Shown one piece after another: positions 1 through 13,646 of a stretch of DNA of 64,000 nucleotides. The notes below the pieces were generated by a model. The model did no database searches and was not told the DNA's origin. It was given only the letters and a program-made list of their open reading frames with translations. The stretch lies in contig NC_045696.1 of assembly GCF_009834535.1 (NCBI RefSeq), positions 79,114,001 to 79,178,000 on the forward strand, given 5' to 3'. Numbering within the stretch: the stretch's first letter is position 1; each line of letters starts with the position of its first letter. Source of the DNA: Camelus ferus (Eukaryota). Made by a program: the position numbers and the translations under genes.

Positions 1-944
1 GTACAACTCACTGCAATTTTACTATTGAGTAGGTACGTTTGAACGAGGAGCAGCAACACACCACTCCCAAACTTTTATACTCTTAAGACACCATGCTTAA
101 CCCAGAAGATGAGATGGAAGTAAATTTATGCTACTGCTACTACCTGGGAGCTTAACATCAACCTCAAAAGTACATATACAGTAGCCATTAAGATGCCAAA
201 TTGGAACATCAGCTCAATCCATGGAACACATGTATTGAGTATTTTTATATTCAGGTATCTTTGATGAGCTTAAAGAGAGGAAAGAAAAGCAGTATTCTAG
301 GGGGCCACAATCTAGACTTATCTGGACAGATACATAAGCAATCAGTGAAAGGACATGGTGAAAAGACTAGAATAGGGACACAAACAAAGCACCATGGTTG
401 TATAGGAAGGTAATGTGTCCCTCCAGTAACCCTGGGGAGACTCCCAGCCCCATGGTTATCTTGAAAAATTTTTCACTGTGTATCAAGCTTAGCATAAAGT
501 ATGTTGCAATAGAACACTCTTTAGATTATTGGTGTTCAATTACACTAAGAAGAGCTGTTGTTTGTCTCATTGGGGTCCTCACATCATTGGTACTTTAAAA
601 AATTCTCACCCATTAACCCTGTCTCATCTTCACAACTTTCCTATTTAGCCTAGATTCTATGAGACATTATTTTAATAAGCTCTCATGTTTAATAATCCTC
701 TGACCTTGTACCTTGTACCCGCCTTGTAAAATCTGTATTTCATACTCTGAATCTTATCCCTTCTCATCTGGTGATTTCCCTTTTATTTTGTATTTTATTT
801 TTATTGTAGTTTTTTAAATTTTATGTATTTTATTATTTATTTGTATTTTATTTTGCATTATATCTTTAATTTCTTCCTTTCTCTTAGATTAATCTCTCTA
901 TATTTAACATTCCCAAGTGTATCTCGCCAGGCAAACAAAATCAC

Positions 945-1655
945 CTTTCTGATCTCACTTTCTCCTTTACTTACTGCTTTATCTTTTGTCTTTCGAAGTC
1001 ATTCTTCTGGAAGAGCTAAATACATCTGCAGTCTATCATTCTTCCTCAGCTCTTGTTTTCCCATTCACTCCTTAATTCATTCCAATCGGAATAATTCTCC
1101 CCCCTCATCTGCCTTGGCCCGTTTGCCAGTGAAACAGTTCCTGATGTCACCCGCGTCCTTCTTTGCTAAGTAACGGGTGTTTCTGGTCTTCATTTTGCTC
1201 ATTTTCACTTTATCTGATTCTCAGCAGTATTTTACACGGTTGACCACTCTTTTTTTTTCCCCCTTGGAATTCCCTTTTCCCTTGGCTTCAATGACACCCT
1301 ATTCTCCTGATTTTCCTTCTTCCTGACCACTCCTTTTTGTTCTTATTTGTTGGCTGTTCATCTGCATCTAATCCTTAAATGCTGGAGTCCTTCAATGCTG
1401 GGTGATAGGCCCTTTTCAGTTTCTTTATGTCTTTGTAAGTAATTCCATGCACACTCATAACTTTGCTTACCATTTGCTTTTAATTTTCACTGCCTATTCA
1501 ATAACAGTATTTGGGTGCCTGACATTGTCTTAAACTCAACATGCCCATAACTGAATTAAACATTTCCCTCCCAAACTGTTCTTCCTCTGTATTATTAACC
1601 TTAGTGAATAATGCCAATATACAGTCAGGTGCACAAGCCAGAAGCTAGGATCCAT
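945..1655 (+). mobile_element. Ancient L2 LINE fragment
   Basis: Pyrimidine-rich with L2-like motifs (ttggcttcaatgacaccctattctcctgattttcc; cttaaactcaacatgcccataactgaa; caagccagaagctagga). Boundaries approximate. Confidence 0.7.
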
Positions 1656-1859
1656 CTTTAATATAACCCATCCCATCAATCATGGATGATGACAGGGCCA
1701 AAACCACATAAGGCAGGAGGAGATATATGATTCTTGGTGGCATTGTGCCTGATCGAGGCTTCCATGAAGCCAGTCCAGTGCTGGACATTATAATTACCAG
1801 AGTCAACAAATGCCATTTATTTGTTACTTGTAAAACAAGAGTCATGACCTTTTATCCCT

Positions 1860-3006
1860 TGCTGAGTCTCTCATAAACACTGACACTGTTGACACTTTCT
1901 CTTCCCTTGGCTTTGAGACAACTGTCTCCTGGCTTTCCTCCTATTTCTTTGCCTCTCCTTTCTACTTTGTTGGCATGCTCATCCTCCTTCAAGCCACAAG
2001 ATGTTGACAATCTTCTAAAATTGCTCCTTAACTCTCTATCCTTTTCTAACTCGGCATTTTCTCCCTATGTGATCTCATCCGTGCTCACAGATTCAATTAT
2101 CATCTAGTCACAACTGATTCATACAATTATATCTCTAGGCTATAACACTCTTCTGAGTTCCAAATTTGTGTAACCAACTGACTACTTTACATCTTCTCCT
2201 GGGTATTTCAAAGACATCTCAAACTCAACATGGCGAAAATTGAATGCATGAATTTCCTTCCCTCACGCTCTCAGAATCTGGGCTCTCTCCGTTGTTCCTA
2301 ATCACAGCAAATAGCACCGCTAGACTTTCAGAAACACAAACCAGATCACTAAAGTCATCTTTTGTATCTTTAACTTCTAATGTGAAAAACTTAAATTCTT
2401 GCTTAAAAACTTTAGTGGTTACTCATTTCTTTTAGGGTTAAGATACTCCTTAACATGCTGTAAATGACTTGCACACTCCCATCTCTACCCACCTTGTCAG
2501 CTCAGGTAAAGCGCCCCTTCACTCTTTACACTCTGGTTGCACCATTATGTTGCTCTTTTGCCCATTCTTTGCCATGATCTCTCCCATCACTGGATCACAG
2601 GCAACCCCTTCACTTGTATCACCACCTGAAACATGCTTTCTTCACTAGTTGTCTAATTACCATCTGGTCATGCTTCAGATTTCAGATGAACTGTTATTTT
2701 CTCAGAGGAAAATTCCCTTAGTGCTGTTGAATAGCCGTATCACAGGTTCACACAGAATAGACATCTTTTTATTATAGCACTTGTCACAGCTGTAATCACA
2801 CATACATCCTGGGTGTGTGCGTGCATGTGTGTGCGTGTGTGTGTGTGTGTGGTCCCTCCACCTCACTAGTCTGGAAACACTATGAAGAAGGGACTTTGAC
2901 TATATTTGCTCACGGTTATATCTATAATCCCTGGCACAGTACTTGGCACATGGTAGATATTCAATACATATTTGTTAAATGAAAGAATACATAAAAGAAT
3001 GAATGA
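1860..3006 (+). mobile_element. L2 LINE 3' portion including terminus
   Basis: catctcaaactcaacatggcgaaaattgaa, then the typical L2 end cctggcacagtacttggcacatggtagatattcaatacatatttgttaaatgaa...gaatgaatga. Confidence 0.8.
2813..2851. repeat. Imperfect (TG)n microsatellite
   Basis: Read directly from the sequence. Confidence 0.9.
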
Positions 3007-5280
3007 GAGAGTAAATTTCTTCACTGTAGTACTCAGAGATTGAGTATAGAATCTGGTTAATAAATCAGTAAAATGACAATATATGTACTTAAATTGTCAA
3101 ATAGTCAAAAAATCAAATTATGAAGAGATTAAAAAAGTATTTACGAGGAAAGAGGAAAAGAACTGTCAATGTGAACTTGAGAAAAGGACAGTTAAGAAAC
3201 ATGAAAAGGCATAGATTCCTCAAGAGCACATGTCATGGAAAGGATTATTGGCTTGTAGAATCATGTTCTTCTTTGTTGCTTAGAAAAACTAACTGAAAAT
3301 AAGAATATTCGAGAGTCTAGCTTATAGTAAGGCATGCTTATCAATGATAGAGAAGCAGTAAAATATTAGGCTTTCCACTCTTTTTTTGATCCAAGAACCA
3401 ATAATACTCTCCTCACATGCCACCTTGAATATTTTTATTAGGTTCAATGTGCTCAGAATATAGTGGTGACCCACGGTCACAGCTCTCTAGAAAGAACACT
3501 GTCTAGTGGGATTTGTATATTTCCAGGGCTGAAACTTGAGTACCATAGAAATGGATTGTACGCACTTCCAAAGAGGAGTCTATTTACACCTTCAGTCCTT
3601 CAGTGTCTTCAGATACATCCATTGTTTCTTGCCAGATTCCCTAGGCTAAAAACAATCTAGCTTTTGTCTCATCAATTTGGGGATTCTGGGGGAGTGGAGA
3701 CTCTAGAATCCAGTATATACTTTTAATTATGAAAAAGTACACATGGAAGGACAGAACATAAAATAGGGTCCACCCAGGAGAGTGCTGTAAAACAAAACAT
3801 TCTTATCTTTACGTGTGTGTGTAATACTTTCTTCAAACTTTTAAGAATTAGGAAGCAAACCTAAAGCTTTATCTGAAATCCCCACAAAAGTAATCACTTC
3901 TTTATAACTTTGCAAGTATTTTATCTACACCTTTTCTAAAGGATTTTCTATTTCTCTCCATCTTGAATCATAGATTTAAAAATTTTAATTCTCCACCAAA
4001 GTCTAATTTCAAAGGTTAGGGTTTATGGCTGTTTTACCTCTTTTCAACAATGTTTTATTTAGAGCTTTATATATAATAAGTGCTTACCAGTTATTTGTCA
4101 GATGAATAAATGAGTCAAAGTTTGAGGATTCGAAAGTGCAAGTGCTTTATAAAAACACCAATGAAGTATGAAAAGTCTTAAATGTTTCATAAACAATGTT
4201 GCAAAAACATACGTGGTAATTCTACCTTTTAAAATTCAATGACTACTCTAGTATACGAAAATGTTTTTAGTAATGAAGTAAATCTTCATCAAACACTCTA
4301 CTAAAACTTTACAATTTTATCTTTCAGCATCTCTTAATCCTAATCGCACAATAAGACTTTTATTAACTCCAATTGCTCTTTGATCAGATTTTTGATTATT
4401 TACCCTGAGGCTACATTGCAGATTCCAAGTTGTTTTGCACAGTTGTAATTACCGTATGTTTTCATTAATCTAATTCTGTTAGCTGGCTGTATACTGAGTG
4501 GTCTTAGTGTCAATCAATTATCCTGCTAGCCCATGCATCAAAACAATTAGAATGGGATTTAGTTCTCAAGGTGAAGTCATTAGGGTATTTTATTACACAT
4601 TTCCAGCCTATTAGAGGGTAACTAGAAAAAGACAAATAGGAGATTTTGAAATGAAGTTTTATCACTAAGTACAGAACTACTGGGAAGTCATCTATGTGGC
4701 TAACATTATGATCAAAGGATATGGGTCTTGGAAAACATGATTAAACACTTGAAGAATGAAGTCATGTAGATCTAAGTAAGTGGAAAAATAATCAATGCAA
4801 ATTGACATTTTCTTTCAAATACACTGGAAACCGGGTTTCTCTAACTGACACAGAAACTGTCCTTCATCAGATCATTACATGTGATATGGTCTCCTAGCAA
4901 TATTTCTTCAAAGAAATACTTAATGTGTTTTTTTAAAAATTCAAAACGTAATCTTACTCCTCAAAAATTAGTTATCACATTTTTTGTTCAAAACTCCCAC
5001 AGTTTGACTAATTCTATATGCATTGCTCTGCACACATTATTTTGCTCCTTCCTCTATTTCTTTCACCAAACAGTCCCCGAGCACATGCCTCATGCTGCTA
5101 AAGGCATTGCACAAAAAAGGAAAAAAAAAATGACACAGCTCCTGGGCTCAGATTCTTGTCACAAAGGACTAAAACAATGAGTCTGTGCCACTAATGGGGC
5201 AAATGTCACAAAGCATAAGACATTAGACTAATCAGAACTCCCAAGTCTTCCGGTGATACTTAGCATTTTATTTTTCCAGA

Positions 5281-5555
5281 ATAATAATAACTAACATTTG
5301 TTGAGCACTTTCAGTATACCAGAGACTTTCTAAAGACTGAGGTGCATTGAGCCATATGGACCTTATAAGACTATTGTGAGTCGGTTGCTATTAGGAGGCT
5401 GTGAGTGACTACAAACTAGACAAGTATTTTGTAGATAAAGACACTTATATTTGGAGGTTAAGTAACTTGCCCTAGTCACAGAACTCTTAGTTGGCAAGGC
5501 CAGGATTTAAACCCAGATCTGGGCAGGTCCTCTTAGTCACTATGCTATGCTGTGT
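5281..5555 (-). mobile_element. MIR SINE
   Basis: MIR core in reverse: gaggttaagtaacttgccctagtcacag...ggccaggatttaaacccagatct...tagtcactatgctatgctg. Confidence 0.85.
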
Positions 5556-6199
5556 TCTTCTAATAGCTCTGGAATCTACCCCTTCTCTAAAGCCCAAGTT
5601 TTGCTACCTGTCTTATAACTTCGGATAAAATCCAACTTTCTTTCCATTGTAAGCAAAGCCCTTCATTATCTGGCTACTGCCAGATAATCTCGAAGTCTCT
5701 TCCTACCTACCCATAAAACATCTGGACTGCAGCTACCCTGAACTTCTTGCATTTGGATTCAACTCTCGGTAGAATGCTGTCCCTTCTAGCTGGAATGACT
5801 AATGACCAAATGGCCTTCAGGGCTCAGGCTGGTGAGGTGACTTTCCTTTGTTTTCACAAAGCACACTGAACATCTTCCTTCATAATACTTACCATAGAAT
5901 ATTACAAGTCTTTCCTAACATTTACCCGAATCACCTATCATTAAACACAAATAGCCTGGTTGGTCTTTAGAAAAAAGGACTGGGCTTACCTTTATCCTAG
6001 GTGCTTAATAGACTAGAGTACATTCTTTTAGATACATATTTAGAAAATAACAATCTTAATTACTCCTGTTATTTTAAGTATCAAAATCTATGTAGAGAGT
6101 TAAAAAGAGAAACTGTCAGAAATGCAATACATGCTATGCATCTATTGAATGTATTCAAATAACTGTATATAGCTCATTTAAAATATTATAGTGATGTAA

Positions 6200-9100
6200 T
6201 AAAAACAAGCCATTAAAAGGTTTTATTTTATGGTTAAGTTTTTTAAGCACAAATATCCTCTCCATGCTTCATGAGGCAGAACTCTGAGATTTCACATAAA
6301 TTATTGGGCTATTACTTGGGATGAGTCAAAACTCTGTTTTGGTAACAATTTTGATTCTACCCATATACATGCCTCAAGTTCCAAGATTTTCATGACAAAT
6401 GTTAGTTCTACCACAGACGTCTCATGTTTAAAGAATATGGCCTGCTATTGAATCAACAGCACAGAATACTGGCACTTCAGATATTCACCACAAAATCTAG
6501 ACATGAACTAACTATAACTTAATCCTAAAACAAGCTCACTTTAATCAAGAATATTTGAGACAGACTGTTCCAGGGTCAGGTTAACTCTAGCTTTACTTTT
6601 CATATATTAATTTAGAATCTAAATTACCTAAATTTTTGACAATCCTTGAAGTATTTACTAATGGTGTTTAATTCTTGCCTTTTATAAATGGGTGATATAA
6701 GAATATTTGAAGAAATCTTCCCTTTCTTCTGCAAAAATACAGTGCAATTATGTTACTTTAAAACCCTTTTGTAAGGATTCTTATGATAAAATCCATATAA
6801 AATTCAGTACTAAGAAATAATTTACCTATACAGATGACCTGGCTTGCACTCCTTTATCAAATAATTAAAATCGTGGCACATGGCATATTGTCCTCATGGC
6901 CTTGACTGCAGGAAAACTAAAACTTCTTACATTAAATTTTGGTTCCCTTTCTTTGGTCACATTTTGATGCTGAAATCATTCTCATTTAGACAATAAGTAG
7001 GAAATAAAAATAAATAAAATAAAAAATACATATATACCTATTAGCAAGTTGATCATAACAAGCAGATTTTCTTCTTTAAGTTCCTTACATACTCTTGTCT
7101 TATCCAATATGGTCATGTTAAAGATGATTTCTCAGTAATTGCAAGGTGTTAGAGAAAGTGAATGCATCAAGTTCATTGTGTGATAACTTTCCAGAAAGCC
7201 TAGGATTCAATAGATCATTCATTGTATATCTTCTGGCTATAAAGTTTGTTTGTTTGTTTGTTTTTTTCCTGGTTAACACATTTTACCAAAAGCCTTAGGC
7301 AGTACTGTGTCAAAGAAGTAAAAATTGTCATTGACCCATTTTTCAGAACTAGTGAAATTGTCTGTAGGGCTATGATTGCTTGAGAGACATACATCGGTAT
7401 AGAAATATATAAAGCTATCCCATAATTCATTGTTAAAAGAATTAGATTTTAATTATATTTGAAAAGCAAAAGTCCAATAACTGGACCTCTTTATTCATTT
7501 ATTTCTCTTAACTCCACGAAAGTAAGGTCTCATAAGATGGATAAGTTCACAGACAGGATAAGGCAGAGGGAAACAGAATGAAATGCTTTTCAGAAGGACT
7601 GAGAATAATAGTAGACCTTGAAAGTAGGCAGTAAGGATCATACGGAGCATGCTGAAGGAGACAGGAAGTAAATAAACATTTCTGAGAAACTGAATTGTGT
7701 AGTAATACAAACAGTTAACCAAAGGTTACAGGGGATGTTTCAGATGGCTTAAAAGTGAAAAAAAAAAAAAAAATTACCTCTCAAGATGCCAAAGGACAGA
7801 TTTTGACAAGAACTCTTTTTTAGTGGAAATACTAGTGTTCGAATCAATACAATAAAGACCTACCTATATTTAAACTACTCCTACGAGAAAGCATACTATT
7901 ACGCATCTCTACAGAGTCACCTGATCACAGTTCAGGCAAGAGTCCTGCAGTTCGCACAGCACAGCCCCTCACGGGTTCCGACTGCTGGGCGCCAGCACGG
8001 TCTGTGTGCCGCCATCTCTTCTCAGCAGTCAGGGGTTCCGCCACAGTGCTTAAAGGCCTTAGAGTACTTCTCCTGCCCACTGTGCTTACAATCACTCCGT
8101 TTCAGCTAGTCTATCAGCTGCCTAGCCACCCCGCTGTTATCCATCTTCTACACATGTCCAGTCCGCTAAATCTGAATTTCAGCGAGCTCGACTTCCATGC
8201 TGAGGTCCCTGCATCCTGCTGTTGTTGACCTTGTCTTGCAATTAGATGTTAAGTATGACTTGTAGGCAAAGTGGATAAAACTGTTCCAGAAAGTGTATGA
8301 TTTTTTTTCAGATATTCATCTCCAATTCATCTACTGAAGAAATTTTGTGACTGCCATCATTTAGTCCTAGACTTTTATCTTTGAATGAACTCAGCTGCTT
8401 GGTTCATGTCGTAGTTCTGTCTACCCACCTTGCAAAATGTATTCTAGTTCATGAAACCACTCTCAGTCTGGGGGTTTACCAAGGTCACATGCATGACATT
8501 GACATTATTTTACGGGAATATTTCATCTATTTTTACACAGTGTTTTATTCAGCTTTTGTCTTTTTAAATCTATCCGATTATCAAGGTTGATTCTGCTGAG
8601 CAAGTATCACAGCTCATAAAGTCTGCTTATCGTTGAGTTTGGTAACACACAGCAGATTGAGTCAGTGTATGGGATGTATATATACTTTCAGAAATCAGCT
8701 GGGGCATGTGGACCTTCTTAAATTGATATCTGTAAGTTTCCATATTCTTTCATGTAATGTCAAAAATGGGTTGTCCAAATAATTCACATACTTTCTTAGT
8801 CTATCATTTAATTATCTTTACATTGTTTGTTTGATAACACAATAATATTTGTTTCTGATGCTAGCTCCTTCAAGATTGACCTTTTACTTCACAATAAACA
8901 AAAAAATCAAAACAAACAAAAAGTATATTTCTTTTGGCATCTTCAGATTAACCGATGTCATATATTTTTTGGATTTAGGAAAACATGCTATCACCTCTAA
9001 GGGGTATGTACCAAAGTGAGCTTTGAAAGGCAGAGCTGTAGACTTTTGACTAGATCAGGTATTAAGCATGGGAAGGAAGGATTTTAGGTCATTGGTTCCA

Positions 9101-9876
9101 TTGTTACAGAAAGGGACAAGGACCCAAATTGTGATGGACATAAAATTAACCTCAAATATTAGCTCATCCTACTCAAAGTTAAAATCTTTAATTCTCAAAA
9201 AGAACACAAGGTAAAAACTACTGAATTGTACAAAACTGAAGCATCTTTAAGATATGAATAAGCCTGGCTAAAGACAGATAGCTATACTGATAGCTCCTTT
9301 CCCCCAAATCTACACACAAACATGCATGTGTGTATAAAATATATATATATTTATATATATATTCTTAAGTTATTTTTTATAGCATTAATATCAGTAGCAC
9401 TTGTATGTACTACAGCAAATTGTGTCATGTTTTCTTTTTAGCTATTTAGCTTAGCAATTCTTTTAGTGAAACAAGTGGATTTTACTACAGGAAAAGACAG
9501 GCATTTGTGTTCAAAAATGTCTTAAAAACTTGGCTACTTAATGAAAGATTCTGAAGGAAGGAAAAAAAAAAAAGCACCTAAGAAAAATGTCTCCCAACTG
9601 TGGAATACTTCTATATACACTTTCACATAGAGGTAGGGAGAGGCCGCAGTAGAAGTACAGCACCATTTGACCACAGACTTATTTATTCAAATAATACCTA
9701 TAAATAACTCAAGAAACATAATTTGTAAAACAGTGGCTGAAAATGTAAACCAAGATGCTAGCATGCCACTCTTCTGAGTTGTCCTGCTGACCTCTTTATG
9801 GTTGTGTATGGTCTTATTCAGAACGGTCATGCAGATCTCATATGTAAACAGCTACCACAAAAATCCAAGATCTTCT
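6200..9876 (-). other. Putative long 3'UTR (terminal exon) of an unidentified minus-strand gene
   Basis: About 3.7 kb with no recognisable interspersed repeat, U-rich on the minus strand. AATAAA (plus-strand tttatt) at 9682-9687, 7498-7503, 7490-7495 and 6222-6227, with U-rich sequence downstream of the distal sites. Several miRNA seed matches face the minus strand, and there is a splice acceptor at 9928-9930. Confidence 0.6.
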
Positions 9877-9927
9877 CTAAATTTGATCCATGTGGTTGTG
9901 GTTGCCAATCCCATCCTCATGTACTAC
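9877..9927 (-). CDS. Candidate coding part of terminal exon; phase 0 reads VVHEDGIGNHNHMDQI*
   Basis: Minus strand cattttcag|GTAGTACATGAGGATGGGATTGGC...CAAATTTAG. The phase is unknown; the other phases give xST* or an immediate stop. The polypyrimidine tract is modest. Confidence 0.4.
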   Translation of the reverse strand, partial: VVHEDGIGNHNHMDQI

Positions 9928-10276
9928 CTGAAAATGTTCAATGTAACTCAAACACATTCCTATTTTTTTTAAAAACACTGGTATAAAATTTCAAAAAAAA
10001 GTTATTTGGATTCAAGGACATAAATCTACAAGACTATCGTGAAAAGTTAAACTGCCATTTTTTCTTTTTACCATGCATTAAAAAAAATCCATTTAGGAAG
10101 AACCATTATTAAAATTTAGAAGTCAGAATTACAACTTTCATAAGCAGGGCAAGTTTAGAAAGCAAGACTGTGCTCTAAGCTTCCACCTCATACCACATGA
10201 ATTCAATACTCAGGATGCTGTGAAGAAGTGCTTTAACATTCTACCACAGAAAGCAAACGTTTACGTCTTTGTTTCC

Positions 10277-10460
10277 TGGCATAGTGGAAAAAACATGGAA
10301 TTGGGATGAATCCAGGTGTGAATCCTGGTCTTGGCTTTGCCACTGACTAGCTACGTGACCCCAGGCAAGTCCCAAACCCTTTTGAATGTGCTCAAGTGTG
10401 ACATGTCCAGGTTGCAGTAGATAACCTTGAGGTACTTTCTAACGCTGACATTCTGTAATT
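10277..10460 (+). mobile_element. MIR-family SINE
   Basis: ggcatagtggaaaaaacatgg...gaatcctggtcttggctttgccactgactagctacgtgaccccaggcaagtc. Confidence 0.75.
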
Positions 10461-13400
10461 TCAGTATGGTAACAGGATAAACTACAGAGCTTTGTGTTGT
10501 CACTCACTAATTAGAAGTACAAAAAACAGTGCCACCCTCATGCAAAATTTTGGGCTGCTACCAGCAAATACTTGCGCAAAATAGAAAAAAGGCGTCTCTT
10601 CTGGGAAGATGAATTGTAAAAGGTGTCTTTTCTGAGAAGACTAAATAGAAAAAGAAGCCATACTTGATAGGACTGTTAACAAAAAAAGCACCATCTTCTC
10701 CAGTTGACATGGCTTGGCAAACAAGGCTCAGGCTGGATATCAGCATCCAGTCTCTCTTCCACTCCGGGCAGCACTCTGGGGAGATCTTGTTGAGATTTAT
10801 GGCTGGACTTTCTTTAAGGTCTCCTTTTGGTATCATCTATCTGTCTTATGTCTCAATATTCTCTCTTTCCACAGATAAATGTCTTTAAGTCCCTCTAATA
10901 AAACTCTTCTTTCGATTTCTAGCTACTGACTTGTAATCTACTTCTCTGCACACTGTGGCTTCTACAAAGTTTCCACTCACTTCCTCACCTAGTGACCTAT
11001 CACGTGCTCCTGAACACACTAGAGCACTGAGCTCCCAATGCTGCTCACCTTCTCTCTGCTCACTTGCTAACGAACTGGCAAACCCACTACATACCTTCAA
11101 GCCTTATCTTACTTGATCCTAGAATTCAACATTTTTGACTGTTCTCTATATCATACAATCTCTATTCTGTTAGCTTTGCTGATAACTCCCTGTTTGAATG
11201 GATAATTCTCCTAATTTTTACTGCTTTTTAAATACCAGTGTTTCCTATTACCCTGTCTTCTGTCCTCTTTTCTTCTCAGTCTACACAGTTCTTTGAAAAT
11301 ATCTTCTCCATACCTGAAACTTCAACTTCTACTCTATACTGAGGATTTTCAAATCTATAACCCAAATCTATAACTCTTGAACTCCGACTTCTGCATCTAA
11401 CTAACCAGCAGTCCCTCCTGAAAGCTCCCAAGCATGTTAGGTGCAGCATGTGTGAAACTGAATTGGCCATTTTAATTTTCTTGCATGTTTTTGTTTATGT
11501 TTCACTATCATCCAAGGCATACATACATTACAAAAGAAATTTATACACCTACAAAAATGTAACTGAGAAGATTTTTAAAGTTCTTTAATGAACCTCTTTT
11601 CTAACTGTCCCTTTTACCCTACCACTCAACTCCATGGTTTCCATCCTGTCTTAGTTAAAGCCATCCTCTTTTCTCACCTCAGCTATTGAACTAAAGAATT
11701 GGAATGATAACTCTCTCACACAGTTGTGGCATGAGTCAGATGAGATAATACATTTAAAAAGCCTGGAACACAGCAGGAGTGCAATACATGGTAGACTATT
11801 ATTATTGTTGGAATTATTATTTTTATTACTAGTAGGATTATGAGGTCCATAAATTGCAACTCGACCATAACTACCACTAACTTTATTTGCTATGCTAATA
11901 ATAGTTTAGAGTTGAACTTGATCTGATTTACTAAATTAGCATTTTTTCAACTGCCACACAGCAGTGAAAGTAAAGATTATAGACTAACTCAACATAAGAG
12001 ATCCCAGCTTAATTTAGAATTGCAGACAGATATGGTATACTGAGCATCAGCTTTCAAAATTTTAATTAGAAAGCGCCCTTAGGCTATTCTGTATCAGAAG
12101 GATAACTTTGTAGTTACTGACTCACATCGAAGAGTATATTTGTTAGTTAATGGAACCAACACATGCCTTTGTATTCATGGAGAATTTCCAAGCTTATTGC
12201 CTAGTAAATTCTTTAACCTTCCAGAACTTTAATCTTTGGACTACATTTCCCATTTGAAAAAAAAAATGACTGTTTAGGAAATATTTGAGCCATTCTAGCA
12301 TCTGTTTTAGAATTGAAAACTACTTTTGAGTATGTTCAAGTAAAAGGGACAAATAAAATGTCCATGTTGAAAGTTTTGACTAAAATGTGACAGTTCATGG
12401 TAGAACTTTCACCAAGAATAGATGTAGGGTGAGTAAGCTCAGCCTGAAAAGGATATTTGATGGAATGCACGGTATTACAAAAGAGAGGATGAAGTACTCT
12501 CCGCACTGGGCTTCCAATTTAAGATGGCACATGACTAAGAAGCTTCATGTTTGACTCCTCCTACAGCTACCCCCAAAATGCCTCCAAAGACACAAAAGAT
12601 AAAACTCTACCCCCATATATATATATATATATATATTCTGAACTTCATCATGTTTGCAGATCCAGTGTCTTGTGTTTGATTTTCAAAGTCCATCCTTCAT
12701 TTTTAAAAATTCTCTTCCCAGTAAAAACTGTTCATGAACTGAGTAAAAAGAGTTAAGGCTTTTAGAAACATTACTACTTTTCTACCTCTCTGTCACTTTT
12801 TACTCAGGACAGCAGAAAGTTAAGCAGAAGACAGGGACAGCTTAAGGAAGAATTTCAAGAGTGACAGAACAACTGTAAGTCACTTTGGGGGCTCAAGATA
12901 ACTGAGTAGACAGTAGGGATTGCCTTTGTTATAGTTTAAGGGTGAGTGATTGATGAAGCTTCTCTAATGTGGGGTAGTTTGTCTGAAGTTATTTTCTCAA
13001 TTTTCCTCTCAAAAGACAGGAAGAATCTTTGTAGCCCGAATCCAGACTCTCCATTCAGCATAGAGTCCAACCTTCCTCATCTGCATAGGAGGCACCATCC
13101 CCATCTCTGCTGCACTGAGTCCTCTGTCTTGCCATAGGGTTTTTCTTCAGCTTTACAAAAAACTGCATCCACCTTATAATCAACATCTGTACTTAATGTC
13201 CTTCTCTGTCTGCATCTGAAGCAGTATACCAAAGGGAACTAGATATACATCTATTCCAACTACTACAAATGCCTTATCTACTTTATAATGTTCTCAAAAA
13301 ATAGTTCACAAGCATAAATAATATTTTCATAGAACTCCTAAATTGGCCCTGGGATGGAAGAGCAATCAAATTATAATAAATTGTGATGAATAAAGTTGGG

Positions 13401-13542
13401 AGTAGATTAAAGGGGTCCCCAAATCCAAGAACTGCTACATGTCCTTGGTATATGTTCTAGGTACTCATTTTTTGAGCTTCCTTTCAATTATTTCCACATG
13501 ATATATTTCTATTTTCATACAGAGCTAATAAGTCTCAGAAGC

Positions 13543-13595
13543 AAAGAAAGGAAGAAAGAAAAGAGAGAAAGAAAGAAAGAAAGAAAGAAAGAAAT

Positions 13596-13646
<51 letters not shown>

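Noticed and set aside
9620..9720. A plus-strand miR-29 paralogue gene
   Set aside because: No complementary 5p arm upstream to form a pre-miRNA hairpin, and the 3' half diverges; better explained as a target site on the minus strand.
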